DNA from: Minisyncoccota bacterium
GTDB taxonomy: Bacteria; Patescibacteriota; Minisyncoccia; Phycocordibacterales; UBA9973
DNA: 64,000 nucleotides
Assembly (NCBI GenBank): GCA_035510575.1
Contig: DATKGV010000004.1
Span: 6,839 to 70,838, forward strand
Direction: 5' to 3'
Position 1 is the stretch's first letter; each line of letters opens with the position of its first letter. The notes under the pieces are model-generated. The model did no database searches. It was not told the DNA's origin and saw nothing but the letters and a program-made list of their open reading frames with translations. Below are positions 30,047 to 38,706 of the stretch, one piece after another. A program made the translations under genes and the position numbers.

Positions 30047-30161
30047 GTTTCGAAAGAAAGAACTGTTGCCGGCATTCCACTTGTTCTTGGGATCAAACTT
30101 GTTCACGTTCACGTTCGGACCATCAGCATTGTGCCACACGTTCACGTTGCAAAGCTCGCCT
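30047..30161 (-). repeat. DGR template repeat (TR)
   Basis: 115 nt, 87 percent identical to 30484-30600. All roughly 15 mismatches are T on the plus strand (A on the minus strand) in this copy against G/A/C in the other. Its translation shows the classic AAC-rich pattern (NVWHNADGPNVNVNKFDPKNKWNAGN). Confidence 0.7.
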
Positions 30162-30413
30162 TTTGTGATAAAACCATCTATGACACCGGAGTTTAAATCA
30201 TAAACTCCTGAATATTATTCGGGACATCAAAGTCCGCCAATTTTATCACCAACAAATAATTTTATTTTTTGGAAAGTAATAAAATACTCTTGTATAAGAT
30301 ATCTCCGACACAATTCTGATTTTATTAAAATCAAAACAATGTATTTCAAGCCAAGGCCGGAAATTACCGCATTGTTCTGAATCGATCATACCATTTTCAA
30401 AATAAAAAAACTC

Positions 30414-30950
30414 TTAAATCTTTTTTAAGGATCTAAGAGTTTCAGATTCAAAGTGTCCGAAGACACTAAAAATCAAAGTATTAGTTGCGAAAGAAAGAAC
30501 TGTGGCCGGCATACCACTCGAGCTCTCGGGAGCAAACTCGTGCACGTTCACGTTCGGACCATCAGCAAAGCGCCACACGTTCACGCGGCAAAGCTCGCCT
30601 CCATCTTTAAACCATACAAGACCTTCTTTTTCATCCTGTACCATTTTAGCGGCCAATCCAAATGCTTCTTCTTTGCTGAAAAATTCATGGCCATCAGTTA
30701 TTTCTTTTTCAGTCATAACTTTGTCATTTGTTTTTTCAATAAACTTTTCAGGAACAGAAAGCATTTCTGGAAGATTGTCAAAAAATTCTTTAAATTCCCA
30801 ATAATAATTGGTTTTCAAAATTTTCTTTGCAATTTTTCCTATTGTCACTGTAGAAGATAGCTGAAGATTTTGTTTTTTTCTTAAAAGAATTATCATATAA
30901 ATAACTCCGATAAGAATCGCTAACTGAATTAAAAGATAAACTGTTTCCAT
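30414..30950 (-). CDS. DGR variable target protein (small membrane-anchored, C-terminal VR)
   Basis: 178 aa. N-terminal TM helix. C-terminal ...GGELCRVNVWRFADGPNVNVHEFAPESSSGMPATVLSF is encoded by the VR. Confidence 0.65.
   Translation of the reverse strand: METVYLLIQLAILIGVIYMIILLRKKQNLQLSSTVTIGKIAKKILKTNYYWEFKEFFDNLPEMLSVPEKFIEKTNDKVMTEKEITDGHEFFSKEEAFGLAAKMVQDEKEGLVWFKDGGELCRVNVWRFADGPNVNVHEFAPESSSGMPATVLSFATNTLIFSVFGHFESETLRSLKKI
30484..30600 (-). repeat. DGR variable repeat (VR)
   Basis: Cognate of the TR. Differs only at TR-adenine positions, plus one 2-nt indel. The 3' end (gccggccacagttctttctttcgcaac) is IMH-like. Confidence 0.7.
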
Positions 30951-31108
30951 TTTTTTATTTATTTAATTGTGAATTCTTGGTGGTATTGTAACACAAGAAT
31001 ATTAGTTTTGTCAATGGCAAATTTTAAGCTTATTTTATATAGATTTTTAGTTAACTTATACTCATCTCTAACGATTGTATAAATTGAGTATAAATTTTAT
31101 AAAGTAAA

Positions 31109-32080
31109 TTATTTAATCACGCCATTTATAACCACACCTTTTTCAAACATTGAAATTATATTTTTCGCTACTATTTCTGCCATCAAATTGCGGCAGCTCG
31201 CCCGAGCTGATGCGATATGCGGAGTCAGGACCACATTAGATAATTTCAGAAGCCCTTTCGCGAGCTTCGGCTCAAATTCATAAACATCAAGACCGGCGCC
31301 CTTAATGACGCCATTCTTAAGCGCTTCTACTAGGGCATTCTCGTCAACGACAGGCCCGCGGGAAGTATTAATTAAATATGCGGTCTTTTTCATGGTAGAA
31401 AGCGAGTCTTTATTTATAAGATGATGAGTTGTAGGAAGCAAAGGAACATGGAGAGACACAATATCTGCAATTTTTAAAATTTCAGCCGTTTCCATTTTGG
31501 TTGCGCCGTCAATCTTCTCAAGCGTGGGATTTGGCACTATATCGCTGTAAATAATTTTCGCGCCGAATCCAAAGTGGAGAATTTTCGCCACTTTGGTGCC
31601 GATATCGCCCACGCCTATCAATCCTATAACTTTATCTTTCAAGTCGGTGCCGATCAATAATTCGGCATCCCATCCTTTATACTTTCCGCTCCTCATAAAC
31701 CTATCGCCTTCATCCATGCGGGTAGTCATAGTGAGCATGAAAGCTACTGTGTGCTCTGAAACAGCCGTTCCGGCAACTCCGGGAGTGTTTGAAACGGCTA
31801 TATTTCTTTTTTGGGCTTCTTCCAAATCGATATTATTGAAGCCGACAGAGAAATTCGCAAAGACCTTGGCAGAAGGGCAAGCATCAAATATTTCGGCGTC
31901 TATATTATCCGTCAGGAATGATATCACTCCATCATAGGGCTTGTCTTTGAGAGCTTTAATTAAATCTTTTTTGCTCGGCGGAGTTTTCCATTTGCCGACA
32001 TCGAATTCTATATTTTTTTCTCTAAGCATCTTCAGCCCAACTTCAGGAATATTCCTTGTTATAAAAATTTTGTATGACAT
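31109..32080 (-). CDS. D-isomer-specific 2-hydroxyacid dehydrogenase (hydroxypyruvate/glycerate or phosphoglycerate dehydrogenase-like)
   Basis: NAD-binding GLIGVGDIGTKVA. Catalytic-domain pattern of D-2-HDH enzymes. Confidence 0.75.
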   Translation of the reverse strand: MSYKIFITRNIPEVGLKMLREKNIEFDVGKWKTPPSKKDLIKALKDKPYDGVISFLTDNIDAEIFDACPSAKVFANFSVGFNNIDLEEAQKRNIAVSNTPGVAGTAVSEHTVAFMLTMTTRMDEGDRFMRSGKYKGWDAELLIGTDLKDKVIGLIGVGDIGTKVAKILHFGFGAKIIYSDIVPNPTLEKIDGATKMETAEILKIADIVSLHVPLLPTTHHLINKDSLSTMKKTAYLINTSRGPVVDENALVEALKNGVIKGAGLDVYEFEPKLAKGLLKLSNVVLTPHIASARASCRNLMAEIVAKNIISMFEKGVVINGVIK

Positions 32081-32090
32081 ATTTATTATT

Positions 32091-32882
32091 TTATTGACCT
32101 ATTTTAATAATATTGAGATTTTTCTCAGCGACCAATGCAATTTTCTCCATCATAGCGACTGCTTCTACCGGATATTTTCCCTTAGCCGATTCTTCGGATA
32201 GCATTACGCCGTCCGCGCCGTCTAATATGGCATAAGCCACATCGGAAACCTCGGCGCGAGTGGGAGTCGGATTTTCCACCATGGATTCAAGCATTTGAGT
32301 GGCCACTATGACCATCTTGCCGCTTTTCTTAGTTTCTTTTATGATGCGATGCTGTATAAATGGAATCTCTTCAAGCGGATATTCATTGCCGAGATCCCCG
32401 CGCGCTATCATTATAGCATCGGCTTCTTTTATTATTGAGGCAAGATTTTCCACCGCTTCTTTCCTTTCTATTTTGGCTATGATTTTTTGTCTGCCTCCTT
32501 TTTCACTTATCAGCTTTCTTAAATTGACAATATCGCCGGCATTGCCCACGAAAGATTGCGCGATATAGTCGACATCTTGCTTGATGCCGAACGATAAATC
32601 GGCAATATCTTTATCGGTGGTCACATTATCATTTCCGCCGAAATGGTGGCCGCTTTTATCCTGCACCCTGGGGCCTGATAAATCTTGTATTATTGGAATG
32701 GATACTTTTAATTCTTTTGAAACTTGCCTGATGAGTTTTATGACATCGGCATCTTCTTCATGCGTTCCCCATGAGAAATTCAGGCGCGCCATGTCCATGC
32801 GATGTTTTATAAGTTCGATTAAAATTTCCTTTGTGCTGCTTGCCGGCCCGATAGTTGCAATGATAATTGTTTTTGATTCCAT
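32091..32882 (-). CDS. pyk: minimal pyruvate kinase (TIM-barrel A domain only; lacks B lid and C-terminal regulatory domains)
   Basis: IIATIGPAS ... [13 protein letters not shown] ... [14 protein letters not shown] ... MIARGDLG ... but only 263 aa. The B domain is replaced by about 12 residues. Confidence 0.6.
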   Translation of the reverse strand: MESKTIIIATIGPASSTKEILIELIKHRMDMARLNFSWGTHEEDADVIKLIRQVSKELKVSIPIIQDLSGPRVQDKSGHHFGGNDNVTTDKDIADLSFGIKQDVDYIAQSFVGNAGDIVNLRKLISEKGGRQKIIAKIERKEAVENLASIIKEADAIMIARGDLGNEYPLEEIPFIQHRIIKETKKSGKMVIVATQMLESMVENPTPTRAEVSDVAYAILDGADGVMLSEESAKGKYPVEAVAMMEKIALVAEKNLNIIKIGQ

Positions 32883-32890
32883 ATATTATT

Positions 32891-34114
32891 TTACTTTGTT
32901 ATTTTGATAAGCCGCTCATATTTTACATCTCTTTCCCGCGGACCCAAAGCGCCGGCCTTAATGCCAAAACATCCGAAGGCATAGGCGAGATCGGCGATGA
33001 AATCATCCATCGTTTCTCCGCTTCTGTGGCTGACAATGCAATCTATGCCGCTGGCTCTGGCAAGCGACATGGTAGCAAATGTTTCGCTTAAAGTGCCGAT
33101 CTGATTCGGCTTGATTATTATGGCTTTAATGCTTTTATCTTTTATGGCCATGCTTAATCTGTCTTTATTTGTCACGGTCAAATCATCGCCGACAAGCAAC
33201 TCGCTCTTGAGAATATTCTGCAACGAGGCAAAACTTTCAAAGTCCTCCTCATCAAACGGATCTTCAATTGAAATCATTTTATAATCGGCGCATATTTTCT
33301 TGTAAAGTTCTTGCATATCCGAAGGGGCAAAATCGCGGTTCATTAATTTATATATTTTCTTCTCATTGTCATAAAAAGAACTGGCCGCAACATCAAGGGC
33401 AAACATGATTTTATCGGAATATCCGAGCTCATCAGCCGCCTGCGCGAGCAAGGCAAGCGGAACAAAAATATCATCAACTGAGAGCGCCAATCCTCCCTCG
33501 TCGCCTTTTACAGGCAGATTGCCGTATTTTTTTAATATAATTTCATCCAGCTTTTTCTGAATATTCCGGCACATCATGACGCTCTCTTCTATTTTATCCA
33601 CTTGCGGAACTACGTGATACTCCTGGAAAGCAAGCTTGGAAGACGCATGCTTGCCGCCATTGATAAGATTGAAATAAAGAAATGGCACAGGGCGGGAGGG
33701 AGTAATATTGGCAATAGTTCTTAAGTATTCATAAACTTCCATTTGATTTGAAAGCGCGGCCGCTTTAGCGCAAGCAATGCTGACTCCGATCATGCTGTTG
33801 CCGCCGAGATTTGTTTTTTGAGTTGTGCCGTCAAGCGTAATCATTGTTTCGTCTATAAGCGCCTGCTTGCCGACATCCATGCCAAGCAATGCCGGTTTGA
33901 TTATTGTTTCAATTTTCTTTATCGCTTTAGCGACGCCGCTTTTATTATTATCTTCATCGCGAAGCTCGCAGGCCTCATACTTGCCCGTGCTGGCGCCCGA
34001 TGGCACCTCAAAAACGCCGACAATATCGCCCGCATAGACCGATACCTTGAGAGTGGGATTTTTTCTTGAGTCCAAGATTTGTTCCGCTGTTATATTCGTG
34101 ATTTGTTTATTCAT
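32891..34114 (-). CDS. eno: enolase
   Basis: ITAEQILDSRKNPTLKV ... SGETMD ... full-length 407 aa. Confidence 0.9.
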   Translation of the reverse strand: MNKQITNITAEQILDSRKNPTLKVSVYAGDIVGVFEVPSGASTGKYEACELRDEDNNKSGVAKAIKKIETIIKPALLGMDVGKQALIDETMITLDGTTQKTNLGGNSMIGVSIACAKAAALSNQMEVYEYLRTIANITPSRPVPFLYFNLINGGKHASSKLAFQEYHVVPQVDKIEESVMMCRNIQKKLDEIILKKYGNLPVKGDEGGLALSVDDIFVPLALLAQAADELGYSDKIMFALDVAASSFYDNEKKIYKLMNRDFAPSDMQELYKKICADYKMISIEDPFDEEDFESFASLQNILKSELLVGDDLTVTNKDRLSMAIKDKSIKAIIIKPNQIGTLSETFATMSLARASGIDCIVSHRSGETMDDFIADLAYAFGCFGIKAGALGPRERDVKYERLIKITK

Positions 34115-34118
34115 ATTG

Positions 34119-35387
34119 TTATTTTCTAAGCAATATCATCGCATCCGAGACATTGCTGCCCGTCTCGCCGGTTATAATCTGATCGCCGGTTTTCTTGAAA
34201 AATTCATCAATCGTATTTTCTTCAATCATTTTTTCTATTGAAAGATTTTTTTCTTTTGCTTTGGCAATAGTTTCGGCGTCGGCTACGGCTCCGGCCGATG
34301 CTGACAGATTATCTATGCCGTCTGAAGCAAATGACGACATAGTGTCAAGCTGGCTGATTTTATTAAGCGCTTTTATGGCGAAATATTCGCAGCGCCCGCT
34401 TACGCCTCTTTTGCCTTTTATAATAACCGATGGCTCGCCGGCGCCGATTACGACAGAATGCTGAGTGGCTTTTGATAAAAATAAATCAATGACCGATTCG
34501 GAGTCCTGATAAAGCTCCGCTCCGGCATTATGGACGATATATCCGAGCTCTTTGGCTTTCTTTTCCATGCCCGACAAAGCATAAGTGTTAGTGACGAGCG
34601 GAATATTATAAACTTTTTCAAAATAAATATCTTCCTTGGGCGTTTCATTAAGAGTAAGATTAAACGGCAATTTATATTTCTTAAGTATCGCTTCCGCATC
34701 GGCAATCGTCGATGTGTCTTTGTAGGTGGGACCGGAAGCAACTTCATCAAAATGATCTCCCGGCACATCGCAGAATATCAATGACGCCACAGTGGCGGGA
34801 TAGAGCAATTTGGCCAGCCCGCCGCCTTTCAACATTGAAAGATGCTTCCTTAAGGTATTAAGCTCGGTAATATTGCCTCCTGATTTCAAAAATTCGTCAT
34901 AAAGTATTATTCCCTGCTTGCATTCGGATTCCGGCCAGCAAAGCATCGCCGAACCTCCGCCTGAAACCACGATTATGGCTAAGTCCTTCTCATCCAAACT
35001 CTCTGCTAATTTGGCCAGCTCTTCCGAGGCGAGAATATTGCCAGATGAAGGGACAGGATGAGTGCAAATATATTTCTTGACGTATTTGCATTCGCCGAGC
35101 TTCTTATCCATGACGATACCTCCGCTAATCTTGTCATGCAATATATCCTCTATGGCTTTTACCGCCACCGACGAGGCCTTGCCGAAACCTATGAGGTAAA
35201 TGTGGTCGAAATTCTTGAGATCGAATGCCTTGCCGGCAATTGCAAGAACTTCGTTGTTTAAATTAAGATTCTTTTTTATTATCTCCGTCGTGTCTATGGC
35301 TTCATAAGCCCCTTCTATGATTGTTAGCATGTCTGCGCGCTCTTTCGTCACTGCCAGCTGATCAAAATTTTGTATGTAATTTTTCAT
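34119..35387 (-). CDS. glycerate 2-kinase (MOFRL family)
   Basis: DUF4147 plus MOFRL architecture: IYLIGFGKAS ... VVSGGGSAML ... MLKGGGLAKL. Confidence 0.7.
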   Translation of the reverse strand: MKNYIQNFDQLAVTKERADMLTIIEGAYEAIDTTEIIKKNLNLNNEVLAIAGKAFDLKNFDHIYLIGFGKASSVAVKAIEDILHDKISGGIVMDKKLGECKYVKKYICTHPVPSSGNILASEELAKLAESLDEKDLAIIVVSGGGSAMLCWPESECKQGIILYDEFLKSGGNITELNTLRKHLSMLKGGGLAKLLYPATVASLIFCDVPGDHFDEVASGPTYKDTSTIADAEAILKKYKLPFNLTLNETPKEDIYFEKVYNIPLVTNTYALSGMEKKAKELGYIVHNAGAELYQDSESVIDLFLSKATQHSVVIGAGEPSVIIKGKRGVSGRCEYFAIKALNKISQLDTMSSFASDGIDNLSASAGAVADAETIAKAKEKNLSIEKMIEENTIDEFFKKTGDQIITGETGSNVSDAMILLRK

Positions 35388-35540
35388 TGATAAGCTGATT
35401 ATATCAAAATTCTCCGCAATGCCAAAGCATTGCGGAGAATTTCTACTATTATTTCTTGGCCTTTTTCGGCTTTTTTGCCTCTTTCCTATGCGTTACTCCT
35501 TTTGCCATATTTTATGAGCATATTATTTATTGATAATGAA

Positions 35541-35594
35541 CTTATTATACCCTGTAGTGAATTTTTAACAAAATCTACTACGGGGTTATACCAC
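35541..35594. repeat. 55-bp conserved palindromic element G2 (copy of 8746-8800)
   Basis: cttattataccctgtagtgaatttttaacaaaatctactacggggttataccac. Again sits between divergently transcribed genes, about 45 bp upstream of an ATG. Confidence 0.6.
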
Positions 35595-35639
35595 TTACAA
35601 GACATTTTAAATAATAAAAGAATATATTATAATAGGACT

Positions 35640-35801
35640 ATGGAAGATGAAGAAACAACGCAAAAAGAAGAAAAAGAGCCGGTTTGCCCGCGCTGCGGCT
35701 TGAGGTCTTACGATAGTCATTGCCCGAACTGCGGGACGCCTATTGTGGATAATAGCGACGATGAGGAAGAAGAATATGATTGGCGCGAGAAAAAAAGATA
35801 A
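35640..35801 (+). CDS. small acidic zinc-ribbon protein
   Basis: MEDEETTQKEEKEPVCPRCGLRSYDSHCPNCG... The longer track ORF start (35430) is rejected because it reads through the G2 element. Confidence 0.35.
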   Translation: MEDEETTQKEEKEPVCPRCGLRSYDSHCPNCGTPIVDNSDDEEEEYDWREKKR

Positions 35802-35844
35802 ATACAGGCACCAAAATCTTATTTTTAACGTATAATAAGGCGTA

Positions 35845-36405
35845 ATGAAAAAATTTGCATTATCATTTTTGGTTGTTGTTACATTCGGCTTCTATGCCCT
35901 AATTCAGAAATCGAATACGACACCTGAACCTGTCGTTGTTAATGATAGATCTGCAATAACTATTAAACCAATAGAAAATTCCACTGATATAACATCAAGT
36001 CAGGAACCTAATACAAATGCTGATGTTATACCGACTCCGGTCATACAACCGACAAAGCAACCTCAGTCCACAATTCAAACGCCAATAGCAAAACCAGCAG
36101 TTAAACCAAAACCCGCAAGCGGTTGGAATGACGGCGCTTTCCTTGGCAGTGACGAAGATGCATATTATGATCATCTTCAAGTAAAAGCTGTCATATCCGG
36201 CGGAAAATTATCTGATGTTGTATTTGTTTACTACCCTAAAGATAATCCTACATCAGCCAGGAAAAGCGCTCATGCAACGCCTATTCTAAAATCTGAAGCT
36301 ATTGCCTCGCAAAGCGCAAATGTAAATACTGTGTCTGGCGCAACTTATACAAGCGAGGCATTTATGAGATCACTTGCCTCCGCTTTAGCGCAGGCAAAAG
36401 CTTAA
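35845..36405 (+). CDS. secreted FMN-binding domain protein
   Basis: Signal/anchor, Pro/Thr/Gln-rich linker, then an FMN_bind domain with the flavinylation motif VSGATYTSEA. Confidence 0.6.
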   Translation: MKKFALSFLVVVTFGFYALIQKSNTTPEPVVVNDRSAITIKPIENSTDITSSQEPNTNADVIPTPVIQPTKQPQSTIQTPIAKPAVKPKPASGWNDGAFLGSDEDAYYDHLQVKAVISGGKLSDVVFVYYPKDNPTSARKSAHATPILKSEAIASQSANVNTVSGATYTSEAFMRSLASALAQAKA

Positions 36406-36409
36406 CAAT

Positions 36410-37153
36410 ATGAAAGACACAAAAATTATCATGGGCATGCCGATAACAGTCGAAATAGTTGACGCGCATGCGACTAATGATGCGATTGAAATGGTATTTG
36501 ATTATTTCAAATATGTTGATGGCAAATTCAGCACGTATAAAAATGAAAGTGAAATTATGAAAATAAATCGCGGCGAAATATCTTTTGAAAAATATAGCGC
36601 TGACATGAAAGAAATTTTCATATTAGCGGAAAAAACCAAAAAAGAAACTGATAATTATTTCGATATTCGCCGAAAAGACGGTCTGATTGATCCTTCAGGA
36701 TTGGTCAAGGGCTGGGCAATACATAAAGCGTGTAATTTATTAAAAGAAAAAGGATTCAAGAATTTCTGCATAGAAGCAGGCGGCGACATAGAAACTTATG
36801 GATTAAATAATGAAGGAAAATCTTGGACTGTTGGCATTCGCAATCCTTTCAAACAAGAAGAAGTCGTTAAAATATTAAAGAGCAAAAATAACGGCATTGC
36901 CACTTCCGGCACATATATCCGCGGACAGCATATATATAATCCTAAAGATTATTCCAATGAATTAAATGATATAGTGAGCATGACTGTCATAGGCCCAAAT
37001 ATTTATGAGGCTGACCGATTTGCCACAGCATCGTTTGCCATGGGTAAAGATGGAATTATGTTTATAGAAAATTTGCCAAAATTTGAAGGTTATATGATAG
37101 ATAAAGGCGGTATTGCCACAATGACAAGCGGATTTGAACAATATATTAATTAA
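36410..37153 (+). CDS. apbE: FAD:protein FMN transferase
   Basis: ApbE family: GMPITVEI ... GLVKGWAIHKA ... AGGDIETYG. Confidence 0.8.
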   Translation: MKDTKIIMGMPITVEIVDAHATNDAIEMVFDYFKYVDGKFSTYKNESEIMKINRGEISFEKYSADMKEIFILAEKTKKETDNYFDIRRKDGLIDPSGLVKGWAIHKACNLLKEKGFKNFCIEAGGDIETYGLNNEGKSWTVGIRNPFKQEEVVKILKSKNNGIATSGTYIRGQHIYNPKDYSNELNDIVSMTVIGPNIYEADRFATASFAMGKDGIMFIENLPKFEGYMIDKGGIATMTSGFEQYIN

Positions 37154-37165
37154 CAGAAATAAAAA

Positions 37166-38698
37166 ATGATTAGATTTATAGATAATTTATTAAATAAGAT
37201 AACGATGTATAAATTGGTTTTATACTTTCTTATTTTTTTATTGCTTGTTGCTTTAACATTTAGTTTCTTTGGAATGCTTCCATACAGCCCGTTGATGCTG
37301 ATTCTTTCAATAGTCACGCTCGTTATTATCTGTTTCATTATTAATAAAATATTTTCAAAAGTATTCAAAGCGCCAGCCAATGTGGAATCGCTTTATATCA
37401 CGGCTCTTATTCTTGCGCTTATTATTACTCCACCTTCTTCACTGCAAGATATATCTTATCTTATTTTTATATTCTGGGCTGCTGTCTGGGCTATGGCGTC
37501 AAAATACATATTTGCCATCGGCAAGAAGCATATATTTAATCCAGCGGCTTTTGCTGTCGTTATCACAGCATTTACTATTAATCAATCAGCAAGCTGGTGG
37601 ATAGGCACCGCGTCAATGATGCCGTTCGTGCTTATAGGCGGACTTCTTATTACCCGCAAAATACGAAGGTTTGATTTGGTATTTTCTTTTATTATCGTAT
37701 CGCTCCTTGCCACTATTTTGATGCATGCGCATAATTTCACGGATATATTTAAATTTGCCTATAACGCCGTAGTAGCTTCCCCGCTTTTATTCTTTGCTTT
37801 TGTCATGCTCACTGAACCGCTCACCACGCCTCCGACAAAATATCTACGCATGAGCTATGGAGCGCTAGTCGGAGCAATTTTTGATCCAGTGACTCATCTG
37901 GGATTCATTTATTCAACACCGGAATTAGCATTAATTGTCGGCAATTTCTTTTCTTATCTTGTCAGTCCCAAAATTAAGCTTCTTCTAAAACTCAAGCAGA
38001 AAACACAGATTGCCAATGATACCTATGATTTTGCTTTTGCTTCAAATAAAGACGAAGTTCCTTTCCGCCCCGGGCAATATATGGAGTGGACACTTGCTCA
38101 TCGTCATCCTGACAGCCGCGGCAACAGAAGATATTTCACTGTGTCATCATCGCCGATAGATGAACAGCTTCATATCGGAGTCAAGTTCTATCCAAAAGCA
38201 AGCTCATTTAAAAAAGCACTATTCAATATGCAGCCGAATGACACAATCGTAGCTTCGCAAATTGCCGGCGATTTCACTATGCCGAGGAATAAAAATATGC
38301 GGCTTTGCTTTATCGCTGGAGGCATCGGAGTAACGCCGTTTGAAAGCATGATCTCATACATGCTGGCGCGAAAGCAAAAAAGAAACGTCGTAATGTTCTA
38401 TATGAACAAAACACCGGCAGATATCGCCTACAAAGATGTATTTGAAAAAGCGCGGACTGAGATTGGAATTAATACAATATATGCCCTCTCAGATCAAACC
38501 TCTGTGCCAAAAGATTGGAATGGATTAGTCGGCAATTTGACTGGTGAAATGATTGTAAAAACTATGCCTGATTATGAAAATAGAATGTATTATATTTCAG
38601 GACCACGTGCCATGGTTGTGACTTTTGAAGATATACTTTCCAAAATGGGCATACCTCAAACGCAAATTAAAAAAGATTTCTTCCCCGGATTTGCGTAG
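37166..38698 (+). CDS. membrane oxidoreductase: RnfD/NqrB-like polytopic domain fused to an FNR-like FAD/NAD(P)-binding domain
   Basis: About 8 TM helices with KHIFNPAAFAVV (RnfD/NqrB-like NPA motif) and LTEPLTTPPT. C-terminal RPGQYMEW ... YFTVSSSP ... CFIAGGIGVTPF typical of ferredoxin-NADP reductase-like modules. Confidence 0.5.
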   Translation: MIRFIDNLLNKITMYKLVLYFLIFLLLVALTFSFFGMLPYSPLMLILSIVTLVIICFIINKIFSKVFKAPANVESLYITALILALIITPPSSLQDISYLIFIFWAAVWAMASKYIFAIGKKHIFNPAAFAVVITAFTINQSASWWIGTASMMPFVLIGGLLITRKIRRFDLVFSFIIVSLLATILMHAHNFTDIFKFAYNAVVASPLLFFAFVMLTEPLTTPPTKYLRMSYGALVGAIFDPVTHLGFIYSTPELALIVGNFFSYLVSPKIKLLLKLKQKTQIANDTYDFAFASNKDEVPFRPGQYMEWTLAHRHPDSRGNRRYFTVSSSPIDEQLHIGVKFYPKASSFKKALFNMQPNDTIVASQIAGDFTMPRNKNMRLCFIAGGIGVTPFESMISYMLARKQKRNVVMFYMNKTPADIAYKDVFEKARTEIGINTIYALSDQTSVPKDWNGLVGNLTGEMIVKTMPDYENRMYYISGPRAMVVTFEDILSKMGIPQTQIKKDFFPGFA

Positions 38699-38706
38699 AA
38701 AAATAT

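Noticed and set aside
29921-30145. 74-aa minus-strand ORF (MNVWHNADGPNVNVNKFDPKNKWNAGNSSF...)
   Set aside because: It is simply the DGR template repeat read in the VR frame. AAC-rich TRs often look like ORFs. It has no independent start context and overlaps the Avd-like gene's end.
35430-35639. 5' extension of the zinc-ribbon ORF
   Set aside because: It reads through the G2 palindromic element and an AT-rich promoter-like stretch. A Met at 35640 with acidic N-terminus is the more plausible start.
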